Positions 39,372 to 48,738 of a stretch of 64,000 nt of DNA are shown here, piece after piece. The DNA is from Deltaproteobacteria bacterium. Its GTDB lineage: Bacteria > Desulfobacterota > Deferrimicrobia > Deferrimicrobiales > Deferrimicrobiaceae. Below the pieces are notes generated by a model. That model was not told where the DNA came from, made no database searches, and worked only from the letters and a program-made list of their open reading frames with translations. The translations under genes were made by a program, and so were the position numbers. The DNA lies in contig JBBIVQ010000005.1 in the NCBI GenBank assembly GCA_037439645.1, forward strand, positions 10,368 through 74,367, written 5' to 3'. The stretch's first letter is position 1. Each line of letters begins with the position of its first letter.

Positions 39372-41891
39372 CTATCGGCGGCCCGCCGCCTTCGCATCCG
39401 CCACGCCCGAGATAAAATCCCCGAGCGCCGAGAGCAGGTTCGTGACCACTTTCCCTTCGGGAAGTGGAATCTTGAGGCACGTCCTCCCGTCCTTTTCATC
39501 GCGGTCGACCAACGATTTCAGCAGGCCGTCGAGCGGGTTCCCGCCGGACTGGGTGGGTGCCAGCAGGGCGTGCCCGAGGGCCGCGAAGAATCGACGGCCC
39601 GCGGCGGCGACGAGATCGCCCTGTGCCTGACGGCCGTCCCCTCCTTCCTCGCCGTCGGCGGCCGCGACTCCGCCCCCTTCGATGCACGGGTCTTCTTCCG
39701 ACGAAGCGTCTTCCGCCGGCGCCGCCGCCGGGTCCGTCTCCTGCGGCTGCTCCCCGGGCGGGATGTTCTTTTCGAGACCCGACGTGATCGTCTCCACGGA
39801 CTGCATGAATCGTTTCAGCATGGAGCCGCCGAGCAGGACGACGTCTTCGCCCTCCCGGTCCAGCGCCCCCGCGAAGAGAGATCTCTTGAATTTGAGGAGG
39901 TCGAGGATCCGCTCTTCGATGGAGGATTCCGTGACGAAGTTGACGATGCGGACCGGGCGGCGCTGTCCGAGCCGGTGCACCCTGCCGACCCGCTGTTCGA
40001 GGACCGCGGGATTCCACGGGATGTCCATGTTGATCACGACCGAACCGCTCTGAAGGTTCAGCCCGACGCCGCCGGCGTCGGTGGACAGGAAGACCCTGCA
40101 CGACGGGTCGTTCCTGAAGCGCGACGTCAAATCCTTTCTCCTGGGCGACGGCACCCCGCCGTGAAGGAAGGCGCAACCGATGCCGTTGCGCTCGAGCACC
40201 CCTTCCACGAGCTCCGCCATCCGGATCCACTGGGTGAAGATGACGACCTTTTCCGTTCCTTCGAGTACGATTTCCTTCAACAGGATATCGAGCTCGTCGA
40301 TCTTCGGCCCGTGCACCGTTTTTTTGTCCACCAGGTAGGTGTTGTCCGCCGCCATCCGCATGTAGTTCAGGGCGATCCGGAGCCGTCGCTGGTCGGCTTC
40401 GCCAAGAAACCGGTACCGGCGCCACTTCGCCGCCAGCCGGGCGACGATTCCCAGGTGCTCGTCGTGGATCTCCCGCTGTTCCTTCGTCATGGGAACGAAG
40501 AAGTTCTTGTCGATCCGTTCCGGAAGCTGGCGAAGGACCTCCTCCTTCTTCCTCCGGATCATGATCGGTGCGAGGGATTTCCGGATGGACTGGAGGTCCT
40601 TGTATCCGGTCACCTTGCCGTCTCCGTCGACCACCCGGTGGTTGTCGACAAACCGGAACAGGGGTCCCAGGCGCCACCGGTCGATGAATTCAACGATCGA
40701 GTGAAGCTCCTCGATCCGGTTCTCCAGGGGCGTCCCGGTCAGCACGATGGCGAAGGGGGACTCGAGCTGTTTCACCGATTTCGCGGTCCGCGTCTTCCAG
40801 TTCTTGATCCTCTGGGCCTCGTCGAGAATGATGAGATCGGGGGACCATCGCCGGATCAGGTCCAGGTCCCGGTGGACCAGCTCGTAGTTGATCAGTTTGA
40901 AGAAGCTCTCCTGTCCGTACATCTCTTCGCGCCGGTGATGGAGTCCCTCGATCACCTGCGCCGGCCGTCGGGTAAACGCCTCGATTTCCGAGCGCCACTG
41001 GTGTTTCAGGGAGGTCGGGGAAACGATGAGCACTTTCCGGACGTGGAACAGGTCCGCCATCAGCTCGGCGGCGGCCAAGGCCTGGACGGTCTTTCCCAGG
41101 CCCATATCGTCCCCGATGAGGCACCGCCCGGCATGTACCGCGAACAAGGCGCCTTCGCGTTGATATGGATACAGGTCCGTCTTCAGAAGATTCCTGAACG
41201 CCGGACTGTCGATCCCTTCCTTCAACCGGAAGCGGACGACCCCGCGCCGGTGCTCGGCGTCCTCGAGTTCGGCGGCATATTCGAGGACGTCGTCGTAGCA
41301 ACGCACCTCGTGGCCGTTGCCTCCGTGAATCGCGTGCAGGAACCGGCCGAGATCGGGCATCCTCTCGTCCTTGAGCATCCCGGCTCCGTCGAAGAACTCC
41401 CCGGCAAGCGCAAGAAGCCGCGCCGGCGCGCCCGTTCCGGGCCGGAACGACACCTGTCGCCGAAGGCCGTAACGCAGGTAGACTTCGGAACAGGAAGGAA
41501 CGTATCCCTCCCGGAACGCCTTCCCGGCCCCTTTGCGCTTCATCAACCGGGAAAGTGTGAATTCGATGTGCTTGCACGTCCCCAGGCCCGAGACGGCGTA
41601 GTCCGGGCAGGAGCAGTAGTTGTCCAGGGGATCTTTTCCACGAACGGCGATCCTGTACGTCTTCCCCGATTCCGGGTTATGGAGCCGGAATTCCGAGAAG
41701 ACGGGATGGTCGCCCACGTTTTCGAGCCGATACCTCTGTTCGGCGCCGTACTGTTTCCGCAGAAGCCTCTGCCACTCCTCGAGGCCGAGGTGGTCCGGCT
41801 TGTGCGTCCTCGATATCTTCGGGCCGACGCGAACCTTTTCCTGCGAAAGAGAAGTTTTCTCGGAATCCGACTTCGTCTGCCCGGTGTTCAT
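39372..41891 (-). CDS. SNF2-family helicase with SWIM zinc finger
   Basis: CSCPD..CKH, GDDMGLGKT, DEAQRIKN, LTGTPLEN, GGVGLNLQ, QRVGRVHRLGQ. Confidence 0.93.
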   Translation of the reverse strand: MNTGQTKSDSEKTSLSQEKVRVGPKISRTHKPDHLGLEEWQRLLRKQYGAEQRYRLENVGDHPVFSEFRLHNPESGKTYRIAVRGKDPLDNYCSCPDYAVSGLGTCKHIEFTLSRLMKRKGAGKAFREGYVPSCSEVYLRYGLRRQVSFRPGTGAPARLLALAGEFFDGAGMLKDERMPDLGRFLHAIHGGNGHEVRCYDDVLEYAAELEDAEHRRGVVRFRLKEGIDSPAFRNLLKTDLYPYQREGALFAVHAGRCLIGDDMGLGKTVQALAAAELMADLFHVRKVLIVSPTSLKHQWRSEIEAFTRRPAQVIEGLHHRREEMYGQESFFKLINYELVHRDLDLIRRWSPDLIILDEAQRIKNWKTRTAKSVKQLESPFAIVLTGTPLENRIEELHSIVEFIDRWRLGPLFRFVDNHRVVDGDGKVTGYKDLQSIRKSLAPIMIRRKKEEVLRQLPERIDKNFFVPMTKEQREIHDEHLGIVARLAAKWRRYRFLGEADQRRLRIALNYMRMAADNTYLVDKKTVHGPKIDELDILLKEIVLEGTEKVVIFTQWIRMAELVEGVLERNGIGCAFLHGGVPSPRRKDLTSRFRNDPSCRVFLSTDAGGVGLNLQSGSVVINMDIPWNPAVLEQRVGRVHRLGQRRPVRIVNFVTESSIEERILDLLKFKRSLFAGALDREGEDVVLLGGSMLKRFMQSVETITSGLEKNIPPGEQPQETDPAAAPAEDASSEEDPCIEGGGVAAADGEEGGDGRQAQGDLVAAAGRRFFAALGHALLAPTQSGGNPLDGLLKSLVDRDEKDGRTCLKIPLPEGKVVTNLLSALGDFISGVADAKAAGRR

Positions 41892-41951
41892 CGCAGCGAT
41901 CCTCTTGGTTTTTTTTGCCCGCCCGCTGGGTTGAGCTGTCCCGCCCGGGGT

Positions 41952-42104
41952 CGGCTGGAAGAGTTCCGGAAAGCGAACCAGGAGAATCTCGCCATCGACG
42001 CCGAGGGGAACCTGACGTACCTGGCCGCCGGCGAATGGCGGTTGCAGTTCGTCATGGAGAAGTGGCCGCAGATCGCTTTTCTGAAGACCCGCGAACACGA
42101 CCGA
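41952..42104 (+). pseudogene. prfC: Orphan 3' end of the peptide chain release factor 3 gene
   Basis: RLEEFRKANQENLAIDAEGNLTYLA..WRLQFVMEKWPQIAFLKTREH resembles the RF3 C-terminus; no upstream portion. Confidence 0.7.
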
Positions 42105-42203
42105 ATCCCGTTTCCCCTGTTTCCCTTCCTCTCCGGTTTCTTGATTGTTCCCGTGATTATGAAGGAGTGTACCTCGTAACACGCAGGCGCCGAAAGGAGA
42201 GGA

Positions 42204-42884
42204 TCATGGCGCCGTTCGACGCGAAGACGATCCTCGTCGAAAGGGCGAAGAAGCCGGCGGGCAACCTGCCCGGAACTCCTCCGAAAGCCAGGCGCCGAGC
42301 GCTCCGAGCACTCCTCCCCAGAGCGGGTGGGCCTTCTTCCGTGCCACCCGCTCGGCCTCGGGCAGCCACGACAGAAGATGGCGCTCGAGAAAGTCCGCCC
42401 TCGCGGAGCGGGCCGCCCGAACCGAATCCGCAGGGCCCCCGGGCCGTTCCTCAAGCCAGCAGAGGATCAGCAGGAAGCCGAGCTGGTTCCGCAGGTGGTC
42501 GGGGTTGTCGGCCGCGCCGTTCGACAGGTCGCATCCGAACGCCTTGTAATAGAGGATATTCTCGTGGAGGACCTCCGGCACGCTCTCCTCCTTCCGGTAA
42601 TGGGTCTCGAAGAGGGGAACCGGTGGCGCCGGGAAGCCGACGTCGAAGGTCGACAGGACGAACGACTCCCATTCCCCCGGATCCCGGGGAAGGTCCTCCC
42701 GGAGTGCATGGGGGCTCCCTGGACCGAGCCAACCGCGCGAGGCGAGATCCTCGAGCCAGTCGGAGGAGAGGATCAGCTCCTGCTGCTCCTTCCCCGGTCG
42801 GCCGAAGGCCAGGAGGAAGGAACGTGCCATCGCCATCCGGTCGCCCCCCGGACGGGACCCTGTCCGACCCTTCTCCTGCGTCAC
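42204..42884 (-). CDS. TorD/DmsD/NarJ-family molybdoenzyme chaperone (delta subunit)
   Basis: VPLFETHY, YYKAFG, NPDHL..QLGFL, FLERHLLSW; GTG start overlapping the gamma subunit stop. Confidence 0.85.
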   Translation of the reverse strand: MTQEKGRTGSRPGGDRMAMARSFLLAFGRPGKEQQELILSSDWLEDLASRGWLGPGSPHALREDLPRDPGEWESFVLSTFDVGFPAPPVPLFETHYRKEESVPEVLHENILYYKAFGCDLSNGAADNPDHLRNQLGFLLILCWLEERPGGPADSVRAARSARADFLERHLLSWLPEAERVARKKAHPLWGGVLGALGAWLSEEFRAGCPPASSPFRRGSSSRRTAP

Positions 42885-43531
42885 CTCGCGAACCGATACC
42901 ACGGGGTGTACCACTTGTAGCCGTTCCGGTCCCCCGTCCCTCCGTCCCAGACGGCGAACGCCATCGGTACCGCCGGGTCGAAGTCGCGGACGATGAAGGT
43001 CACGCTCCTGCGGATTCCCGCACGCGACGGTTCGGCCGTCATCCCGGTCTCCTCCGGCGTCTTTTCGACCGTCCCGCGGCCCCGTGCGTGGAGCGTTTCC
43101 ACCTTTGAACCGGCCCGCCACAAGACCATTCGCACCTCCCGGTCGCGATCCCCCATCATGATCCCCGGGTTTCTTGCTCCCGGCTTCCGGGGAAGCATCA
43201 GCGCCGCGGCGTCTCCGAAGGCGTCCGTCCGCCCGGTGGGCTTCCGGTAGATGGAATCGTCTCCGTAGGCGGCCCGCTTGGCTCCAGCCACGGCATCTTC
43301 CGTCGGGTCGTCCCAGGAGAGGGTCACCCGCAGCACCTTCCCCTCGATCCGTGCCATGGCGCGCGCATGAAGGTCCCGGTTCAAAACGGCCCGGTCCGTG
43401 GCGAACATCGGGGGAGTCCGATTGAGCAGAAGCGGCGTCTCTTTGCCTTGCGCCAACGTGAATCCCGCGAACGCCGGGGCCGACCCGAGAAGAACGGCCG
43501 CCGCGACGAGCGAAACGATCGGTTGCCGCAT
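42881..43531 (-). CDS. Heme b gamma subunit of a type II DMSO reductase (EbdC/SerC/ClrC-like, DOMON fold)
   Basis: Sec signal peptide; LSWDDPTED, FGDAAALMLP, MMGD, AFAVWDG..RNGYK. Confidence 0.85.
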   Translation of the reverse strand: MRQPIVSLVAAAVLLGSAPAFAGFTLAQGKETPLLLNRTPPMFATDRAVLNRDLHARAMARIEGKVLRVTLSWDDPTEDAVAGAKRAAYGDDSIYRKPTGRTDAFGDAAALMLPRKPGARNPGIMMGDRDREVRMVLWRAGSKVETLHARGRGTVEKTPEETGMTAEPSRAGIRRSVTFIVRDFDPAVPMAFAVWDGGTGDRNGYKWYTPWYRFAR

Positions 43532-43548
43532 CGGGAAATCCCTCCGGA

Positions 43549-44547
43549 TCATCCGGTTGCCCCCTTCCCGGCGGGAATCCGGTACCGAACCTTGTCATCC
43601 CGACCGATCAGCAACTGGAGCACATCGCTCTTCCCCCCCGACTGGGCGATTTCCAACTCCGCGGCCAGCCGGGACGCCACCTCCTTGACCCGCGGACCGA
43701 ACAGCGCTTCCAGGGATTTCCACGGGATCCTCGGGTCGTGCAGGATCCCTTTCCCGTACGCGCCCCGGCGGGGAGGGTTGAAGGGGGGAACGTAGTAGAC
43801 GTTGGGACCGGTCCCCTTGCCCGGAAGAAGCGGCAGCGCCACCTTGTGGACCCGGACCAGCTGGTGGACCGGGGAGAGCGGGTCGCCCAGCATCCCCACG
43901 AACCGGAGCCGCCCCGGGCACTGTTTCGCGCAGGCGTTGGGGGTTCCCTTGGCCAGTCTCGGGTAGCAGAAGATGCATTTCTGCGAGACACCGGCCACCT
44001 CGTTCATGTAGATCTTCTTGTAGGGGCAGGCGCGGACGCACTGTCGGTACCCGCGGCACCGTTCCTGGTCGATCAGGACGATCCCGTCCTCATCCCGTTT
44101 GTAGATCGCCTTGCGGGGACAGGCTTCGAGGCAGGCCGGGTGCGTGCAGTGGTTGCAGATCCGCGGCAGGTAGAAGAAGTGGGTCTCCCCCCGGTCGGTG
44201 TCCCCCACGTCCTCTCCCCAGTTCGGCCCGTTGGTCGGGTCGACGTGGGGCATCACCGGCTTCCCCTTTCCTTCGAAGAGACGCTGGGAATAGTCGTACT
44301 CGAAGGGAACTCCGTACTTCCCGATCGGAGGGATCTCCCCCGGGGCCACCCGCCCGTCGCGAAACCCGCCTCCCGCCTCCGACCATCCGGCCGGGTATCC
44401 CGCCCCGGGGCGGGTCTCGACGTTGTTCCAGTACATGTAGCCCATCCCGTCCCGGTCGGTCCACAGCTTCTTGCAGGCGACGGTGCAGGTCTGGCACCCG
44501 AGGCACTTGTTCAGGTCCATCACCATGGCGTACTGCATCTTCGACAT
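43549..44547 (-). CDS. Type II DMSO reductase family Fe-S beta subunit (NarH/PcrB/ClrB-like)
   Basis: DLNKCLGCQTCTVACK, YWNNVET, LPRICNHCTHPACLEACP, CRGYRQCVRACPY, KCIFCYPR. Confidence 0.93.
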   Translation of the reverse strand: MSKMQYAMVMDLNKCLGCQTCTVACKKLWTDRDGMGYMYWNNVETRPGAGYPAGWSEAGGGFRDGRVAPGEIPPIGKYGVPFEYDYSQRLFEGKGKPVMPHVDPTNGPNWGEDVGDTDRGETHFFYLPRICNHCTHPACLEACPRKAIYKRDEDGIVLIDQERCRGYRQCVRACPYKKIYMNEVAGVSQKCIFCYPRLAKGTPNACAKQCPGRLRFVGMLGDPLSPVHQLVRVHKVALPLLPGKGTGPNVYYVPPFNPPRRGAYGKGILHDPRIPWKSLEALFGPRVKEVASRLAAELEIAQSGGKSDVLQLLIGRDDKVRYRIPAGKGATG

Positions 44548-44567
44548 CGCGGGCTCCTCGGAGGAAC

Positions 44568-47330
44568 TTACGTCCGGACCTTCTCCACTTCGACCTTCAC
44601 GTCCCGGTTGTTTCCCGTAGGCCCCCAGTAGTTGAGGCGGAAGTTGACATGCCCGTACTTTCCGACCAGCTGGGTCGGCTTGATCTTGATGTACGTGAGC
44701 GACTGCCATCCCCCGTGCCGGAAACCGAGGAACTTCTCCCAACCGTGGTACATCGTCACCCGCCCCCGCCGCTCGCCGGGCAGGATCTTCGCGCGGACGA
44801 CGCAGAAGCCGATGTGATTGCGGATCCGGATCCAGTCGTTGTCCCGGATTCCGCGGGCGGCGGCGTCCGCCGGGTTCAGGTACGCGATCGGCATTCCCCG
44901 CTGAAGACGGAGCATGTAGCGGTTGTCCCTCCACGTGGAGTGGATCGACCAGCGGCCGTGGGGCGTGTTCCAGTACAGCGGGTACGGGTCGGTCACCTGC
45001 TCCTTCGACACCGGGAGCTCCTCCCCGAGATCCAGGAACCAGGGGTGGTCGATGTAGAACTGCTGCCGGCCGACGAGCGTCCGCCACGGCCGCTTCTTGT
45101 ACACCTGGTGCTTGAAGGGCGTGTAGGCGACCCCTTCCTCGACGTCCGAGTTCCAGGAGACGGGATCGGTCCGCACGAACCGGCGAGGCCGCTCCTTGAG
45201 GCCGGCGTAGGTCATCCCCTTCGTCTCCTCCGCGTTCGCCAGGATGAAGTTCGCCGCTTCTTCGTCGGTCGAGATCTTCCCGCCTCCCGACCAGAGCGCG
45301 TGCACCTTCGTGAAGTCGCGCTCCCAGCCGAACTGACCGTCGCGGTAGGGGGGGAGCCCGCGGCGGACGGCGACCTCCCCGATCTTCTTCGCCAGCGCGG
45401 AGAAGATGTCCCAGTCGGTGCGGCTCTCGAAGAGCGGGTCGAGCACCTTCGAGAAGGGGTGGATGTAGGAATGGCAGTCGGTGGTGTTCAGGTCGGTCTT
45501 CTCGTAGTAGCTGGCCGCCGGGAGGACGATGTCGGAGTAGAGGGCGGTCGTGTCCATCCGGTAGTTGACGTTCACGATCAGGTCGAGATCGTTCCACAGG
45601 GAAGGGAGGATCTTTTCGTTCCCCTTCGCCTGGTTCAGGTAGTTCGCCCTCCAGACGATCAACGACCGGGGCTTCTGCTTCCGGTTCTTCGGGTAGAGCG
45701 GCATCCACCCGTTCGCCACGCTCTCCTCGATATACTTCTCGATCTTTTTCCCGTTGTAGGTGTGCTCGTCCTTGTTGGCGGAGTGGACGTAGGTCCAAAG
45801 CGTCGTGTTCTGGAATCGCTGCTTCTTTCCCCCTTCCGGGAAGGCGAGCTTCTTGAAGCCTTCCTCCGGCCAGACCCGCTCCTGTCCCACGTAATGGTTG
45901 AACCCGCCGCCGTTCTTCCCGGTGTTGCCGGTCAGGGCGACCAACAGGATCATCGACCGGTTGATCAGGTCGTTGTGGAACCAGTGGTTCGTCCCCGCCC
46001 CGTGGATGATCATCGCCGGCTTGCGCGTCCCCATCATCCGGGCGAACGCGACGATGTCCCGGCGGTCCAGCCCGGTCGTGCGGGCCACCTTGTCGAGCGT
46101 GTAGCCGCGAAGAACCTTTCGCAGCCGCTCGAAGACCGGGACGACCGCCATCTTCTCCCCCGTCTTGCCTGTCACCTCGTACCGGCCGGTCAGGGCGGGC
46201 ACGGCCCCCGCCAACCCGATCGACTTCACCGGGGACCCCATGGAGCCCGGCGCCTTCTTCACTTTCCCGTCCCTTTCATCGACGAAGTAGAAGACTTCGT
46301 CGCTCCCTTTCGCCTCCAGGTCCGACTCCCGCAGGAAGCGGCGGGTCCTCTCCACGACCAGGAGCGGCATGTCGGTCTGCTCCCGGACGTAGGAGGGGTC
46401 GAACAGTTTTTCCTCGACAAGGATGCGCGCCACGCCCATGGCGAGGTCGGCGTCGGTCCCCGGCGCGATTCCGAGGAAGAGGTCCGCGTGGGTGCAGCTC
46501 GAATTGAAGTCGGGAGAGATCCCGACCACCTTCGCTCCGTTGTACCGGGCCTCGAAGGCGAAGTGGGCGTCGGGGATCCGGGTCTGGGTGACGTTGGCCC
46601 CCCAGAAGACGATCAGTTTCGCGTTGAACCAGTCGGCGCACTCGCACGCCTCGGTCTGCACACCCCACGTAAGCGGTTCCCCCGGGGGCAGGTCGCAATA
46701 CCAGTCGTAGAAGGAACAGACGACCCCTCCGATGTAATGAGCCAGCCGCGATCCTGCGCAGAAGGAGACCGGGCTCATCGCGGGGATCACGCTGAAGAAG
46801 GTGTTCGTGTCCGGACCGTAGCGGTAGACGTTGTCCAGCAGTTTTCCGGCGATCGACTCCAGGGCCTCGTCCCATGTGGCGCGCCGCCACTTCCCCTCCC
46901 CCCGCTTCCCCGTCCGGATGAGCGGAAAACGGAGCCGCTGCGCTCCGTAGACGTACTCGACGAAGCAGGCCCCTTTCTGGCAGCCGCGGGGGTTGTAGTC
47001 GGGCAGGTCCTCGCTGATCCGGGGATAGTCGGAGGCCTGCTCCTCCCGAAGCATCACCCCGTCCTTGACGTAGACCTTCCAGGAGCAGGAACCCGTGCAG
47101 TTCGCCGAGTGGGTCGACCGGGCCACCTTGTCCCAGCTCCACTGTTTCGCGTAGAGCGACTCCCATCCGCGGTACGGGTAGCTCCGCATCGGGTCGTAGT
47201 CGAACCGGAATCCCGGGACCTCCGGCGGGGACTCCTTGCCGGCCCCTGCGGCGCCGGCCAGGAGCCCCGCGGCCGAGAGGGAGGAGATCCAGAGAAACCT
47301 CCTGCGGCTGATCTTCCCGTCGGACATCAT
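44568..47330 (-). CDS. Tat-exported type II DMSO reductase family molybdoenzyme alpha subunit (periplasm-facing NarG-like nitrate/chlorate reductase)
   Basis: SRRRFL Tat motif; STHSANCTGSCSW, NPRGCQKG, FYDWYCDLPPG (Asp Mo ligand), HYVGQE, TPHGRWSIHS. Confidence 0.9.
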   Translation of the reverse strand: MMSDGKISRRRFLWISSLSAAGLLAGAAGAGKESPPEVPGFRFDYDPMRSYPYRGWESLYAKQWSWDKVARSTHSANCTGSCSWKVYVKDGVMLREEQASDYPRISEDLPDYNPRGCQKGACFVEYVYGAQRLRFPLIRTGKRGEGKWRRATWDEALESIAGKLLDNVYRYGPDTNTFFSVIPAMSPVSFCAGSRLAHYIGGVVCSFYDWYCDLPPGEPLTWGVQTEACECADWFNAKLIVFWGANVTQTRIPDAHFAFEARYNGAKVVGISPDFNSSCTHADLFLGIAPGTDADLAMGVARILVEEKLFDPSYVREQTDMPLLVVERTRRFLRESDLEAKGSDEVFYFVDERDGKVKKAPGSMGSPVKSIGLAGAVPALTGRYEVTGKTGEKMAVVPVFERLRKVLRGYTLDKVARTTGLDRRDIVAFARMMGTRKPAMIIHGAGTNHWFHNDLINRSMILLVALTGNTGKNGGGFNHYVGQERVWPEEGFKKLAFPEGGKKQRFQNTTLWTYVHSANKDEHTYNGKKIEKYIEESVANGWMPLYPKNRKQKPRSLIVWRANYLNQAKGNEKILPSLWNDLDLIVNVNYRMDTTALYSDIVLPAASYYEKTDLNTTDCHSYIHPFSKVLDPLFESRTDWDIFSALAKKIGEVAVRRGLPPYRDGQFGWERDFTKVHALWSGGGKISTDEEAANFILANAEETKGMTYAGLKERPRRFVRTDPVSWNSDVEEGVAYTPFKHQVYKKRPWRTLVGRQQFYIDHPWFLDLGEELPVSKEQVTDPYPLYWNTPHGRWSIHSTWRDNRYMLRLQRGMPIAYLNPADAAARGIRDNDWIRIRNHIGFCVVRAKILPGERRGRVTMYHGWEKFLGFRHGGWQSLTYIKIKPTQLVGKYGHVNFRLNYWGPTGNNRDVKVEVEKVRT

Positions 47331-48736
47331 TTCCTCCTTGCGGACAGGGTGCGCAGGTACGACAGCAGGTCCGCCACTTCCCCCCCGTCGAGCCCGGTTC
47401 CCCCCGGCCCCGTGAAAGCCACCATCGCGGTACCGGGACGCCCGTTTGCGATCGTCTTCAGGATCATCGCGTCGCTCCCCTTTTCCTGGAGGGGACGCGA
47501 GGAAAGCGTCGGCGCCACCTGTCCCTTCGCCGGGTCGTGGCATCCGGCGCACTGCTCGAGGAAGATCCGTTTCCCCTGTTCCGGGTTCCCGGGGGGAGGC
47601 TTCGCCGCGGTTTCGACCCGACGCTCGGGAACGTTTCCGGGTCCCGCGAGGTAGTCGAGCAACCTCCCGAGGTCCGCGTCGTTCATCCCTCCCTCGAAAC
47701 CGGCCATCAGGGTCCCCGGACGGCCCCCGACGATGTTGGCCCGCAGGAATTCCCGGTCGGTCGTCCGGAGAAAGGCGGGGTTGCGGATCGCGGGGACGAA
47801 GCGGCCGAGGAACCTGTCGAAAATGCCGAATGTGCCGTCTCCGTGGCAGACCCGGCAGAGCCGGTCGTACAGCGTTTTCCCGTCCCGCTCCCCGAAGTCG
47901 TGCTCCCGCGAAAGAAACCGGTGCCGGTCGCGGGCGACCAGCCGGTCGGGCAGTTCCCGGCCCGCCTGCAGCGAAAGCATGTAGACGGTCAGCGCGTACG
48001 CATCGTCGTCGGTAGGGTAGCCAGGCATCATGAGGCTGTTCGGAACGATCCCCTGCGGGTCCTTGAAATGGAGGTCGAGCCACCGGTAGGCGGTTTTTTC
48101 CCCCGGCAGGTTCGCCATGACCAGCTGATGCTTCGTCTTCCGTCCGACCGAGTCCAGCTCGGCCCCGAGCGATCCACCCAACCCCCCAAGACGATGGCAG
48201 CCGTGACACCCCATCTCCTCGAAGAGCCGCGCACCCCGGGACAGGACCGGTGCACCGCGCGATTCGACCGCCGCCGGGTCGTGGCAGATCCCGCAGGACG
48301 ATTCCACCAGCTCCTTCGGAAGGAGGGGATAGTCCCAGTGCGCTTCCACGGCCTTGGCCTCCCGGAAGCTCACGGCCGCTCCCATTCCCCGGTGGCAGAT
48401 CGTGCAGCCGAACTTCTCCGGCGGATGGGCCTTCAGGATATCGCCGGGGTGCGGCGCGAACGGGTTGGCGGCCCCGGCCATCCGCGGGTCCTCCATCCCG
48501 AGGTGGCAGGTCACGCACCGGTCGACGACTCCCAGGTCCGGCACGACGACCTGCCGCAATTCCACGGGCATCGCCAAGGCTTCCTTTTTCTCCGCGGGCG
48601 TCCGGGCGCGCTGCGCGAGCAGCCGCGCGTACTCCTTCTGGTACCCTTTCCATGAAACGAAGACGTTTTCCGACAGGCTCGAAGCGAGGAGGAACCCGAG
48701 GGCGGCCAGGCTCGAGACCAGGAGAAGTTTCTTCAT
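47327..48736 (-). CDS. Membrane-anchored hexaheme cytochrome c
   Basis: Six CxxCH motifs: CVTCH, CTICH, CGICH, CHGCH, CRVCH, CAGCH; N-terminal hydrophobic segment. Confidence 0.9.
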   Translation of the reverse strand: MKKLLLVSSLAALGFLLASSLSENVFVSWKGYQKEYARLLAQRARTPAEKKEALAMPVELRQVVVPDLGVVDRCVTCHLGMEDPRMAGAANPFAPHPGDILKAHPPEKFGCTICHRGMGAAVSFREAKAVEAHWDYPLLPKELVESSCGICHDPAAVESRGAPVLSRGARLFEEMGCHGCHRLGGLGGSLGAELDSVGRKTKHQLVMANLPGEKTAYRWLDLHFKDPQGIVPNSLMMPGYPTDDDAYALTVYMLSLQAGRELPDRLVARDRHRFLSREHDFGERDGKTLYDRLCRVCHGDGTFGIFDRFLGRFVPAIRNPAFLRTTDREFLRANIVGGRPGTLMAGFEGGMNDADLGRLLDYLAGPGNVPERRVETAAKPPPGNPEQGKRIFLEQCAGCHDPAKGQVAPTLSSRPLQEKGSDAMILKTIANGRPGTAMVAFTGPGGTGLDGGEVADLLSYLRTLSARRK

Positions 48737-48738
48737 CG

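Noticed and set aside
44568-47330. Calling the alpha subunit PcrA (perchlorate reductase) or NxrA
   Set aside because: The motifs (HSANCTGSC, YDWYCDLPPG) look closer to NarG/pNar, and no pcrC or chlorite dismutase is present in the window; substrate needs phylogeny, so no gene symbol is given
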